DNA from: a virus
Taxonomy: Duplodnaviria > Heunggongvirae > Uroviricota > Caudoviricetes
DNA: 64,000 nucleotides
Direction: 5' to 3' (one strand)
IMG/VR virus record: IMGVR_UViG_3300021431_000099
Coordinates: 1-64,000 of that record
The notes beneath the pieces were generated by a model. That model was not told the DNA's origin. It was given only the letters and a program-made list of their open reading frames with translations, and ran no database searches. This document shows positions 26,626 to 35,598 of this stretch, piece after piece. Position 1 is the stretch's first letter, and each line of letters begins with the position of its first letter. A program made the position numbers and the translations under genes.

Positions 26626-27960
26626 TTAATTAATTAAAGAGGTCGCTGTGCCGCAATCAAATACAAGATATTGGCCAAAACTTTCAGTTACATCATAAAT
26701 ACTGCCGCTATTTGCTATTTTTGCTAATTGTATTTTTTTATTAGCGTCAATAGTTAAATCAACATAACCGCCACTTGAACTTGGTATTTGTAATCCTTCT
26801 AATGTATTAGCATATCCTTCTATTTCACTTTGCAAAGCTTGCGATAAATCAGATTTACTAACATTATCTTTATCTGCTAATGCACCAGTTGGAACAGTAA
26901 TATTAACTATTTTATTATTATTAGGATTAATAGTAGTATTATTTACTTGGATAGCCTCAATTGTATTTTCCGCGGCAGTTATTTCATCTTGTAAGGCCTG
27001 TGTTAAATCACTTTTAGCAATACTTCCTTTTACAGCATAACTGCCTTCATCACCTAACAATATCCATGAAGAACCGGCAGCAGTATTACCCTTACTATAA
27101 ACATATTCTTTAGTTCCAACTAATACAACATCACCCATTTCATAGGCTTCAAAAGTCTGAATAGCAGTTGCATCTGGTAATTCTTGTAATGTTTGACCTG
27201 TAAAGTGCATTACTGAAGTAATACCTTCGGATATTTGTTCAATTCGTGTATTAATATCACTTATTGTCGCGGCTTTATTACTTGTAGAAGGAGTAGTTTG
27301 AAATTGAAATGGTAAATCCGCTAATACAAGTTCGCTTCCTTCTACAGTCACATTTAAACCTGTTTGAGAAACACGGCGAATAATTTTTGTAGGATTATCC
27401 CAATTGTAAGTTCGGGTTGTTATTGTTTCACCAGTTGTCTCATCAGTAGTTGTAGTTTCGGTATAATTATTAGCTTTAAATTTTTCTACTTCTTCGCCGC
27501 CACCCAATTGTTCAGATAATTGCTGTAATGCTTGGCTTAAAGCTTCAGGTGTTAAATTAGCTGAAACTAGACCACCAATAGAAGCTTCTAGGCCAGCAAT
27601 TGCGGCCTGAATAGTAGAGGTTTGATTATTATATGTTATTGGAATAGAGCCACCCGTTGGAAGTTTAGCCCAACTATATACATCTCCAGCAATAGCTTGT
27701 ATCCAAGGTAATGCAGAAAATCTATGTACACCATCACCAACCTTTACACCAACAGCATATGGTGATAATCCTGATAGTGTATTATTACTATCATTATTTG
27801 GGTATCTATTAGGATCGTATACTCTAGTTGGTTCAGTGGCATCTCCATTAGGAATAACTGCTACACAAACCTCACCTTGTAATGGTACAAAAGTGCTGCT
27901 ATTCCACGCGGCCAGTGTATCATATTTAACTTTAATTCTAGTATTAATTATATTACTCAT
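26626..27960 (-). CDS. tail fibre protein with HylP-type N-terminal motif
   Basis: Start is the Met of MSNIINTRIKVKYDTLAAWN at 27960, after TAGGAGGTG. The listed first codon is GTG. Confidence 0.65.
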   Translation of the reverse strand: MSNIINTRIKVKYDTLAAWNSSTFVPLQGEVCVAVIPNGDATEPTRVYDPNRYPNNDSNNTLSGLSPYAVGVKVGDGVHRFSALPWIQAIAGDVYSWAKLPTGGSIPITYNNQTSTIQAAIAGLEASIGGLVSANLTPEALSQALQQLSEQLGGGEEVEKFKANNYTETTTTDETTGETITTRTYNWDNPTKIIRRVSQTGLNVTVEGSELVLADLPFQFQTTPSTSNKAATISDINTRIEQISEGITSVMHFTGQTLQELPDATAIQTFEAYEMGDVVLVGTKEYVYSKGNTAAGSSWILLGDEGSYAVKGSIAKSDLTQALQDEITAAENTIEAIQVNNTTINPNNNKIVNITVPTGALADKDNVSKSDLSQALQSEIEGYANTLEGLQIPSSSGGYVDLTIDANKKIQLAKIANSGSIYDVTESFGQYLVFDCGTATSLIN

Positions 27961-27975
27961 ATAATACACCTCCTA

Positions 27976-28926
27976 TTAAGCGCCGCCGCCATCTAAAATA
28001 AATTCTTGTATACCATTAATAATTTTATCAGTAGTAACATTATTAACGGACATATAGCCATTACTATCAACATTAATAAAATTATCTTGTAAAGATGATA
28101 AAACACCACCTAAATTTGTGGTTGTTGCTACTGTTAATCGGCCCACATTAGTTATTGATACATTACTATCAATTAAACTACCATCATTACCAAAAATTAC
28201 TACATTATTAGAAGTATAATTATTTGGCTTTTGTACATAATTTGTTAAATCAACAGAAGTATCTCCTATTAATACCATTTCATCATTAATAAGTAAATAT
28301 TCTTTATATTTATCCGCACCGGTAGCGTTTATATCTTTTAACATATAAACTGTATTTTCATCGGCATAATTGGCATTAGGTACTTCTGTTACAATCTCTC
28401 TACGCAAGTGTGATGCATTAGCAATTTGTGCTGCAATAGTATCATCAACATATTTTTTTGTAGTGGCTTCTGAATTGGTACGTGGTTCGCGCGCAAGAGA
28501 AACTATTGCTCCACTAATTATACCTTGCGATTTATCAAAATTAAAGTTATCTGGTGGTTTTACCCATTTGGCTACTCCATCGGAAATATCTAATTCTACC
28601 ACACTTGGCCATGGGTGTGTAGCATCTACCTCTATTCTGTTTTCAACGCCAGTACTATAATCATATACATAATAATACTTACCATAATTAGCGACAGTAA
28701 ATTTATTATTTACTAGTGTAACTAATGCGCCGTCTCCCTCGTGGCCGCCACCGCCTTCATTTATATATCTTAAATCATTATATGGAAGAGTGCCATCGCC
28801 TAATTTTAATAATCCAGTATCTATTTCTGCGCCAATTTCACCTTTTGCTAATATTGGATTTCTAGATACCCACGTATCGCGCATATCATTACGCAAAATA
28901 AGTCTCGCTCTCACTGAATGTGGCAT
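27976..28926 (-). CDS. tail fibre protein with HylP-type N-terminal motif
   Basis: ARLILRNDMRDTW...KGEIGAEIDTGLLKLGDGTLPYNDLRYI. Confidence 0.65.
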   Translation of the reverse strand: MPHSVRARLILRNDMRDTWVSRNPILAKGEIGAEIDTGLLKLGDGTLPYNDLRYINEGGGGHEGDGALVTLVNNKFTVANYGKYYYVYDYSTGVENRIEVDATHPWPSVVELDISDGVAKWVKPPDNFNFDKSQGIISGAIVSLAREPRTNSEATTKKYVDDTIAAQIANASHLRREIVTEVPNANYADENTVYMLKDINATGADKYKEYLLINDEMVLIGDTSVDLTNYVQKPNNYTSNNVVIFGNDGSLIDSNVSITNVGRLTVATTTNLGGVLSSLQDNFINVDSNGYMSVNNVTTDKIINGIQEFILDGGGA

Positions 28927-29390
28927 TAGGCTTCACCCCCATTGATAACAGTATCAGTAATAAGCATAGCATTAACTGGAATATATTCATTATCCCAATA
29001 ATATAATATTTTTTCAACTTGATCAAAGTAAAGTTTTGTGGTTGAACCATAGACTGGAAATTTATCATAATCCTCAAAAATAATTTGTTTATCAGAAACA
29101 TAATTAACAAATCTATCTAAAAATTCTTTTTCAGTTCCAACAAATCCATTAATTAAAGCAACTTTATATAATTGATTTGAAAAAATTGATAAAGAAGTAT
29201 TTTCCCAAGGATAAATTAAAGAAATCTCTTTTTGGATTGGTGTAGGAACAGTAAGTGTTCCTTCATCAGAAGGAACCACAGCACCCCAACTATATATATT
29301 ACCCAGACCTGCGGTGCGAGGTCTGGGTGGCATAATGGATTTATTATATTCAAGAAGTAAATCTCTTGTACGCCATCTTTCTTTACACAT
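28926..29390 (-). CDS. hypothetical protein (about 154 aa)
   Basis: Likely ATG at 29390 overlaps the upstream stop (AAATGTGTAA). The listed first codon is GTG. Confidence 0.5.
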   Translation of the reverse strand: MCKERWRTRDLLLEYNKSIMPPRPRTAGLGNIYSWGAVVPSDEGTLTVPTPIQKEISLIYPWENTSLSIFSNQLYKVALINGFVGTEKEFLDRFVNYVSDKQIIFEDYDKFPVYGSTTKLYFDQVEKILYYWDNEYIPVNAMLITDTVINGGEA

Positions 29391-29745
29391 TTTGAGCCAC
29401 TTCCCGAATTTCACAAACAGGAAGAGAGAAGGCCGCGTAATATGAATTTATTTCATCTCCGCCGATGAGTAGGCCATCTTCATCTCGTTGTGGATTTTTA
29501 TATATTTTTATATCCCATAAATATTTCTTACTTTCTAATCCTACTGTATCAGTATGCTCAAAAGGAATAGTTAATGTTTCCTCTGTTGCTGGAATTTCTT
29601 TTTCAAATACAGTAGTACGAATCATGGGATCATAAATAGAAAATACCGCTATATCTCCTTCCTCCACCGTTCCTTGTGTGGGAATAGTAAAAGAACCAGT
29701 GTCACCGCGAGGAATGATTAAACGACGTTGAATTAGCCTAATCAT
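29383..29745 (-). CDS. hypothetical protein (120 aa)
   Basis: RBS GTAGGTGATGA. Confidence 0.55.
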   Translation of the reverse strand: MIRLIQRRLIIPRGDTGSFTIPTQGTVEEGDIAVFSIYDPMIRTTVFEKEIPATEETLTIPFEHTDTVGLESKKYLWDIKIYKNPQRDEDGLLIGGDEINSYYAAFSLPVCEIREVAQNV

Positions 29746-29763
29746 TAATCATCACCTACTCAT

Positions 29764-30627
29764 TTAACGATAATATCTATAATCATTTCCACGTCTATTA
29801 TAATGTGGATAGTATCCGAACTCCTCTTCATCCTCATCTTCATCATCGTCATTAAAATTATAATTGGCATAATTACCTTCGCCACGACGACGGAATTGAG
29901 AGTTCTTTTCATTCATTGTACGAATTTTATCAGCATAGTGACGCTTTAACTCATCCTGCTGCTGTAAAATATAGGCCATATCATAACCAGTGCTTTCAAG
30001 ATTCATCATCTTGTTTTCTGCGGTTGCAATTTCTTTTTCTACATGCTCAATTAGATGGTCTAATTTGCGTGCGGCTTCGCGCTCATTCATTTGCTCTAAG
30101 CGTTGTGCCATTTGAGATAGATATTGACGGGTTTCTTTTTCATATTCAATCCATTTTTTGAAACCATCTTTAACCGCATTGCGCTTAGTTCCCTGATCTA
30201 CATCATAACGAGTATAATTATACCAACTTGTAGGAATAACATTATTAGCATAATTTTTACCAACATTGGCCATGCTGGTCATACCATTGGTATTATTATT
30301 CATATTATTGTTATTCATACCATTTTGATTATTATTATTCTGATTATTATTCTGATTATTATTAGCCATGTTAGCCATATTAGATAACATGCCACTTACC
30401 ATATATGTGGGCTGTACTAGCTGATTGTACTCTTTCATATACATATCTTTTGCCTTACGATACGTAAGTAATTCGCAAAGCATTTGATATTCATGGCATT
30501 TCTGATAACCAGGTAAGTTTAAGAAAGCATAATAATCAGCAAGCTGTTCGTGCATCTCCACACCCTGCTTCATTCTATTAATTAGTTCGGAGTAGAGAGT
30601 CTGTAGTTCTTGATTGTTCTGAGCCAT
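29764..30627 (-). CDS. Asn/Gln-rich low-complexity protein with coiled-coil flanks
   Basis: Poly-N/Q tract (NNNQNNNQNNNNQNGMNNNNMNNNTNG) and acidic C-terminus DDDEDEDEEE. RBS GGAGGGATGAG. Confidence 0.6.
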   Translation of the reverse strand: MAQNNQELQTLYSELINRMKQGVEMHEQLADYYAFLNLPGYQKCHEYQMLCELLTYRKAKDMYMKEYNQLVQPTYMVSGMLSNMANMANNNQNNNQNNNNQNGMNNNNMNNNTNGMTSMANVGKNYANNVIPTSWYNYTRYDVDQGTKRNAVKDGFKKWIEYEKETRQYLSQMAQRLEQMNEREAARKLDHLIEHVEKEIATAENKMMNLESTGYDMAYILQQQDELKRHYADKIRTMNEKNSQFRRRGEGNYANYNFNDDDEDEDEEEFGYYPHYNRRGNDYRYYR

Positions 30628-30641
30628 AACTCATCCCTCCA

Positions 30642-31055
30642 TTAAATTAATTTAGAAACTATTATATTAATATGCGCATCTGTTGCCTCAACTGTGCTAG
30701 GATTAAGTACACCGATAGTTACTGCCGCAGAAGTCCAATTACAAGGACAATCGCTTTCTTCTACTACGACAAGGGCCTCAAAAGCACCATTAGCAGAACC
30801 AGCAGCCGCGAGAGTGGTTGTGCTGATAGCCTGTGGTAGTGGTACACCATTGCGAGTTAACTGAATAGAATAATCTCCTGCGTCAGCTAAAGTAGCAAAA
30901 CCATCTACATGAACATTATAAATACCGCGCTTTGTTAAAGCAATTCCGCCCGCGCCCGCAGCAACAGCTGTATTACCTTTTAGAAAAACAACATTATTTA
31001 AAGGATAAGTACCATTAGCGGCGACAGTTACGCCATCACTATAAGCTTGAATCAT
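30642..31055 (-). CDS. hypothetical, probably structural, protein (about 138 aa)
   Basis: Start is the Met of MIQAYSDG at 31055, after ATAGGAGGAATTAAA. Confidence 0.55.
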   Translation of the reverse strand: MIQAYSDGVTVAANGTYPLNNVVFLKGNTAVAAGAGGIALTKRGIYNVHVDGFATLADAGDYSIQLTRNGVPLPQAISTTTLAAAGSANGAFEALVVVEESDCPCNWTSAAVTIGVLNPSTVEATDAHINIIVSKLI

Positions 31056-31070
31056 TTTAATTCCTCCTAT

Positions 31071-31107
31071 AATAAAAAAGAGGCACCTGTCCGAAAACAA
31101 GTGCCTC
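31071..31107 (-). terminator. rho-independent terminator
   Basis: Stem gaggcac...gtgcctc, followed on the minus strand by uuuuuuauu. Confidence 0.6.
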
Positions 31108-31144
31108 ATTAAACTAGACACACTAAATGTGTTCGGTGTTTAAA

Positions 31145-31855
31145 TTACATATTGAATCCATTGCAGCCGCAACCGTTGTTGTTGCAGAAAGGATTATTGC
31201 CGGCATTATAAGTCCAGCCGGAAGGATAACGAACTACGCCGTTTAGAGCATTCTGTAGTTGTAGAGCATCAATTTGATTCTGCATATCAGCCATACGATT
31301 ACCAGTAATAGCATCAATAATCTTCTGAACACCAGCATTAGTAGTCTGGTTAATAGAAGCGGTATTCATAGCATTCTCATAACGAGCCTGGGCAATACCA
31401 GCATTAATGCCATTGAAGCCCTCCATCATTGCCATACGGGTATCGCAGCAGCACTGATTCTGGTTAGCTAGTAGAGTCATTTGATTGGTGCGAATGTCAC
31501 CAATTTGAGCTGTTAAAGCAGCCTGAATGTCTTTAGCAACATTAATATTGTCATACTTTGCCTGATTAGTAGCGGCTACAGCCTGAGCAGCACTGTTAGT
31601 AACAGCATTCATTAGATCACGATTTTGGTCTTGTAGGTCATTAAAGTTGAAACCATTTTGTACGAAATCTTGTGTAGCATACTGTGGATGATAGCCATTA
31701 CCGCCGCCAAAACCACCGTTGCCCCAACCGCCCATTAGGGCAATAATTGCGAATAGCCAAATCATGCTACCCCAGCCTCCTTCCATACCCCAGCCATTGT
31801 TATTGCCGGTTAGTAGAGCAACATCAGAAGCAGTTAGTCCTTCATTACCATTCAT
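31145..31855 (-). CDS. Gly-rich membrane protein with Cys clusters
   Basis: Start is the Met of MNGNEG at 31855, after GAGAGGTG. TM helix MIWLFAIIALMGGW, GGWGNGGFGGGNGY, CCC, and C-terminal NNNGCGCNGFNM. Confidence 0.55.
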   Translation of the reverse strand: MNGNEGLTASDVALLTGNNNGWGMEGGWGSMIWLFAIIALMGGWGNGGFGGGNGYHPQYATQDFVQNGFNFNDLQDQNRDLMNAVTNSAAQAVAATNQAKYDNINVAKDIQAALTAQIGDIRTNQMTLLANQNQCCCDTRMAMMEGFNGINAGIAQARYENAMNTASINQTTNAGVQKIIDAITGNRMADMQNQIDALQLQNALNGVVRYPSGWTYNAGNNPFCNNNGCGCNGFNM

Positions 31856-31880
31856 AAGGGACACCTCTCTAATTTTATTA

Positions 31881-31913
31881 TATATAATAAAAAATCCGCC
31901 TTGGCGGATTTTT
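31881..31913. terminator. bidirectional rho-independent terminator
   Basis: Stem aaaatccgcc-tt-ggcggatttt with U/A-runs on both sides. Confidence 0.6.
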
Positions 31914-31939
31914 GGCATAATAAAAGAGCCAGTAATAAA

Positions 31940-32227
31940 TTACTGACTCATTAATTCACGCATAAATTCTGCGGGATCAATACCTTTTTGTTTTGCTAAT
32001 GACATAAAAGCTGTTTGAAGATTTCCTCCATTTTGCTTGATTAATTCTAATGCTGGTTTTACACTAGGATTATTCATAAGCATTTGATTCATCATAGCTT
32101 GGGGATTTCTTAAACTCATTAATTGCTGTAATGCTTGTTTAGCCTGCTGTATTTGAGGTTTCGTCAAATTGTTCATTGCGGGTATTTGACTTCCGCTGTT
32201 TATTTGTTCCATTATAGGATTTGGCAT
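31940..32227 (-). CDS. hypothetical Gln/Met-rich protein (95 aa)
   Basis: Strong RBS GGAGGAAAAGATGT. Start lies 89 nt inside the preceding ORF. Confidence 0.55.
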   Translation of the reverse strand: MPNPIMEQINSGSQIPAMNNLTKPQIQQAKQALQQLMSLRNPQAMMNQMLMNNPSVKPALELIKQNGGNLQTAFMSLAKQKGIDPAEFMRELMSQ

Positions 32228-32573
32228 ACATCTTTTCCTCCAATGCTGCTAGTCGTTGTTCAAGAGAATTTAAATCAACTGGCGGGGCTGGTTGAAATGG
32301 CGTAATGGTATATGGGGTTACTGTTTTGTATCCCGCGCCATCTGTCTGTACAAACCAGACCAGAGGATCATTTTCATCTAATAATAGAACTTTACTGTTA
32401 GGTGCCATTTGAAAAGCGTCAGCGCCATTTTGGCCTTTAACCTTAATGATGTCATAATGAGGAAAGTTATTTACGCTCATGCGAGATAAATAATCTTGTT
32501 GTGGCATAGTATTCATTCCATTCATCATGCCCATTAGGTTATTATTATTCATCATACCATTATAACTATTCAT
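32139..32573 (-). CDS. hypothetical Asn/Met-rich protein (144 aa)
   Basis: RBS TTCGGAGGACCACA. Confidence 0.55.
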   Translation of the reverse strand: MNSYNGMMNNNNLMGMMNGMNTMPQQDYLSRMSVNNFPHYDIIKVKGQNGADAFQMAPNSKVLLLDENDPLVWFVQTDGAGYKTVTPYTITPFQPAPPVDLNSLEQRLAALEEKMYAKSYNGTNKQRKSNTRNEQFDETSNTAG

Positions 32574-32654
32574 ATGTGGTCCTCCGAATATAAATATCCT
32601 TCATTGAAAGTGTATGAGAATTAGAAAGTAATCAGCCCGTTTTCTTCTTACTAT

Positions 32655-32686
32655 AAATAAAAAAGAGTAAGGTCAAACCTTACTCT
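32655..32686 (-). terminator. rho-independent terminator
   Basis: Stem agagtaagg-tcaaa-ccttactct, followed on the minus strand by uuuuuauuu. Confidence 0.55.
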
Positions 32687-32880
32687 TCTTCACTATACTT
32701 GCGGCCGCAAGAAGGGCAATAACTACATACCCTCATGTTATTTGCCGCATCTAAAAAGAATAATTCCTTTTCCTTCTTTCTCTTTTTGTCCCAGCAAAAA
32801 CCACAGCCAAATTCTTCTTCAATCTTTACTGGGGTCGGTTCTTGTGAAGCCTTATAAGATTCTTCGTCGTAAAATTTCAT
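32680..32880 (-). CDS. small zinc-ribbon protein (66 aa)
   Basis: CGFCW and CSYCPSCGRK. RBS AAGAGGAACAAT. Confidence 0.6.
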   Translation of the reverse strand: MKFYDEESYKASQEPTPVKIEEEFGCGFCWDKKRKKEKELFFLDAANNMRVCSYCPSCGRKYSEEE

Positions 32881-32891
32881 ATTGTTCCTCT

Positions 32892-32984
32892 TTAATATTT
32901 ATTCGCGGAGACTAAAGCAATTAAAGAAATACCACTTATCATTCCTAAAAAGAATGCACCTAATAAATACCACGCGCTTACCAT
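32892..32984 (-). CDS. 30-aa single-TM peptide, not in the ORF table
   Basis: ATGGTAA start-stop overlap with the upstream gene. MVSAWYLLGAFFLGMISGISLIALVSANKY. Confidence 0.25.
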   Translation of the reverse strand: MVSAWYLLGAFFLGMISGISLIALVSANKY

Positions 32985-33223
32985 ACAATTACTCCAGCAC
33001 CGTTCCTAAGACGGTCAAATTCCTTTTTAGAAATCCAGCGAACAATATCAAAAGTACGCTTGGAATAGGTATTATTAATATTGATTTCCTCCGCATCTAA
33101 AACACCAATCTTTACCTTCATCGCAACGAAAGGTGTTTCATTTTCATCATACATATTGACTACCATTGTATCAAGAATAATCCAGTTGTCAATGTCATAA
33201 AAATTAGGATGCAAGTTTGTCAT
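32978..33223 (-). CDS. hypothetical protein (81 aa)
   Basis: RBS GAAAGGGGAAAGGAGA. Confidence 0.55.
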   Translation of the reverse strand: MTNLHPNFYDIDNWIILDTMVVNMYDENETPFVAMKVKIGVLDAEEININNTYSKRTFDIVRWISKKEFDRLRNGAGVIVW

Positions 33224-33271
33224 TCTCCTTTCCCCTTTCTGATAATATTATATCAGAATTTTAGATAAAAG

Positions 33272-33808
33272 TCAAGTACTTAGTCCGTAGTCAATAATAC
33301 GTAAACCAAAAGTTGGATTATAACCAATATTTGATGGATTGTTTATAATATCTTCCTCATTTAAATTTAAATAATTACATACGATAGGAATTTCTCGTAA
33401 GAAATCAGTTACTTCTTCTTCGCTAACACCAAAACGCTGTAATCGCATACCCATAATAATTAAGTTTTCAGTATTATTTAAACTATATACTTTACCTTCA
33501 TCTAGAAGTGGAGTAAAGTGAGGAAAATATAAAATGGGAAAATAATCTTCGCTCCAATCTGTTCCTACTATTGGAGCCAGTAATCTGCGCGAATCTTCTG
33601 TTGCTGTATACCAAGTAAACCACTCGTTATATTGTTGTTCTATTGCTGTTCGTAATTCTGGCTGGCTTATTCCTTGTAAATTAAGTGAACATGTATCCAA
33701 ATATTCATCAAAAGAAGGTAATTCAATATTTACAGTAGAACTATGTGGTATTACTTTTTGAATATACTCACCCGATGTACCATAGGGGAGTATAGCCCTA
33801 CTCCCCAT
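33272..33808 (-). CDS. hypothetical protein (178 aa)
   Basis: TAATG overlap with the upstream gene. Confidence 0.55.
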   Translation of the reverse strand: MGSRAILPYGTSGEYIQKVIPHSSTVNIELPSFDEYLDTCSLNLQGISQPELRTAIEQQYNEWFTWYTATEDSRRLLAPIVGTDWSEDYFPILYFPHFTPLLDEGKVYSLNNTENLIIMGMRLQRFGVSEEEVTDFLREIPIVCNYLNLNEEDIINNPSNIGYNPTFGLRIIDYGLST

Positions 33809-34266
33809 TACTTTTCCTCTGGCTCACCAATGAGTGAGGCAATCTTCTTATGGCGACGCTCGGTGTTGATTTCAAGCTTCTTTCCATAATTATTAATAGA
33901 GTCCATAGCCTGATTTAGCCAGTTATCAATAGTATTGATATATAGATTTGCGCGCTTAAAAAAGCTATTCTGAATTTTATCCTTCGCGCGAGTAAAAGCA
34001 ATTAGCTTACCAGTCTCAACAGAGAACTCATCTTCTGGATTACAAGAAGCGATACCTACAAACTTGTTAGGCATCTTTAGCTTAGGATATAGACGAGAAT
34101 GCTTAATATCCCAAATCATGCCATTATCACAATCAGGCCTAATCTTCAAGTTCTTATTAGCATACTCAAGAAATAGGTGAGAAGTATGGTCAATAATACA
34201 AACCACCTTGCGTGCGTCCTCATTAACGATAAACTGGGCCTTGTCCTTAGTAATATTAATCTTCAT
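33808..34266 (-). CDS. hypothetical protein (152 aa)
   Basis: RBS AAAAGGAGATAAT. Confidence 0.55.
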   Translation of the reverse strand: MKINITKDKAQFIVNEDARKVVCIIDHTSHLFLEYANKNLKIRPDCDNGMIWDIKHSRLYPKLKMPNKFVGIASCNPEDEFSVETGKLIAFTRAKDKIQNSFFKRANLYINTIDNWLNQAMDSINNYGKKLEINTERRHKKIASLIGEPEEK

Positions 34267-34324
34267 AATTTATTATCTCCTTTTCTTTTCTTTACTTATA
34301 TTATAATATAATTTTAATTAAAAG

Positions 34325-34786
34325 TCAATGTTTAAGCTTCCAAAGTATCACATTATAATCATTTAATTCTTCTTCAATAATGGAATAAATAATCTCCCAT
34401 TCGCCACCGCCAAGACCTGCGCCAATACCGTATGGCATATTAATTGTTATATTATTTAAATGTAATCCTTTTATTTCATGTTTAATTGCGTCACAACATT
34501 CGCGAAAGGCAGCATAGTCTGTATTACAATTGTATACGCTCCAGTTATCCTGCGCAAACATACAACAAGTCCATTTACCATCTATTTCCGCACGCATTAG
34601 TATTGTGCCAAGTAATTCATCTGCTATAAAATCATGACATAAACTTTTATATTGATTAAAAGCAAATGGATATAATTCTTTAAAAGTTTTAGCAACACCT
34701 CGTCCCATACTGCCTCTACAATTTACTTGATGACATATAATACCGGTCGGCGCCGAAAATAAATCTCCCTCTACTATTTTAATCAT
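34325..34786 (-). CDS. macro domain protein of the TARG1/OARD1/DarG type (ADP-ribosyl hydrolase)
   Basis: GDLFSAPTGIICHQVNCRGSMGRGVAKTFKELYP closely matches the TARG1 N-terminal GDLF...H.....C.MG.GIA motif. ATGA overlap with the Prs-like gene indicates translational coupling. Confidence 0.7.
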   Translation of the reverse strand: MIKIVEGDLFSAPTGIICHQVNCRGSMGRGVAKTFKELYPFAFNQYKSLCHDFIADELLGTILMRAEIDGKWTCCMFAQDNWSVYNCNTDYAAFRECCDAIKHEIKGLHLNNITINMPYGIGAGLGGGEWEIIYSIIEEELNDYNVILWKLKH

Positions 34787-35598
34787 GTAAATTCCCTCAT
34801 AACAATAATATTTGGATGATTACTGCGATAAATAGAATTTGTAGTATATACTTTTGTAATTAAATTTGGAATGTCCATTAATGATTGGCCATTAATATGC
34901 GGTTGAAGTACAGTATTTTCGCAATGAGACGCCCAAACATAAATGTTATTACAGCCCATTTCTTTTAGTTGCTTACTTGCTAGATATAGGGTACTGCCGC
35001 GAGAAATAATATCATCCACAATAATAATATCATGGCCAGCAATCATATGTTTTGCGCCCAAAACTTGAAGAGAATTTATTTTTTGTGTAGACCATTCTCT
35101 TTCCTTCACACCAAAAGTAAAATAAGTATCGCCAATAATGTTCTTATATCTCTTTTGTGCGCCTTCATCAGTGAAAAATAAGGTTGCTTCTGGATATGTA
35201 TTAAGTAAGTATTGAATTTCTCGCTCTGGCTTTTCTACTCGTACATTATTTAATAGTGCAGGAGTGACATTAGAATGTGGGTCATATATCCTTACTTGAT
35301 TAAAATGAAGTGAGTTAATAAATTCACAAAAATACTTTAAAGTAAAACATTCTTCGTTTTCTTTGCATCTATCCATTCTTGCGTGCGGACAATATGGCAT
35401 TTCAAGTATTAACCGTGACATTTCAGATTTTTCTCGTAAGTGATTTACAAGAAAAAATAAATCCGCCATTTCTTCATCGGAATCATAAAGCCAAAGAATT
35501 ACACATACGCCAACTAACGAACGAGGCGCGTATCGTAGTCGTAAAGTTCCATCATTGAATTTCTTAAACTGAACTTCTTCTCCATCTACCTTAATCAT
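34783..35598 (-). CDS. ribose-phosphate pyrophosphokinase (PRPP synthetase / Prs-family) homologue
   Basis: PYCPHARMDR (Prs PYxxYARQDR), DPHS (Prs DLHA) and the PRPP-binding loop HDIIIVDDIISRGSTL. 271 aa, shorter than canonical Prs. Confidence 0.7.
   Translation of the reverse strand: MIKVDGEEVQFKKFNDGTLRLRYAPRSLVGVCVILWLYDSDEEMADLFFLVNHLREKSEMSRLILEMPYCPHARMDRCKENEECFTLKYFCEFINSLHFNQVRIYDPHSNVTPALLNNVRVEKPEREIQYLLNTYPEATLFFTDEGAQKRYKNIIGDTYFTFGVKEREWSTQKINSLQVLGAKHMIAGHDIIIVDDIISRGSTLYLASKQLKEMGCNNIYVWASHCENTVLQPHINGQSLMDIPNLITKVYTTNSIYRSNHPNIIVMREFT

Noticed and set aside
22586-29414. Listed ORF starts at 24121, 27969 and 29414
   Set aside because: The first codons are GTG with no RBS. 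Each has an in-frame ATG 3-9 codons downstream with a strong AGGAGG-type RBS, so starts were moved to 24112, 27960 and 29390.
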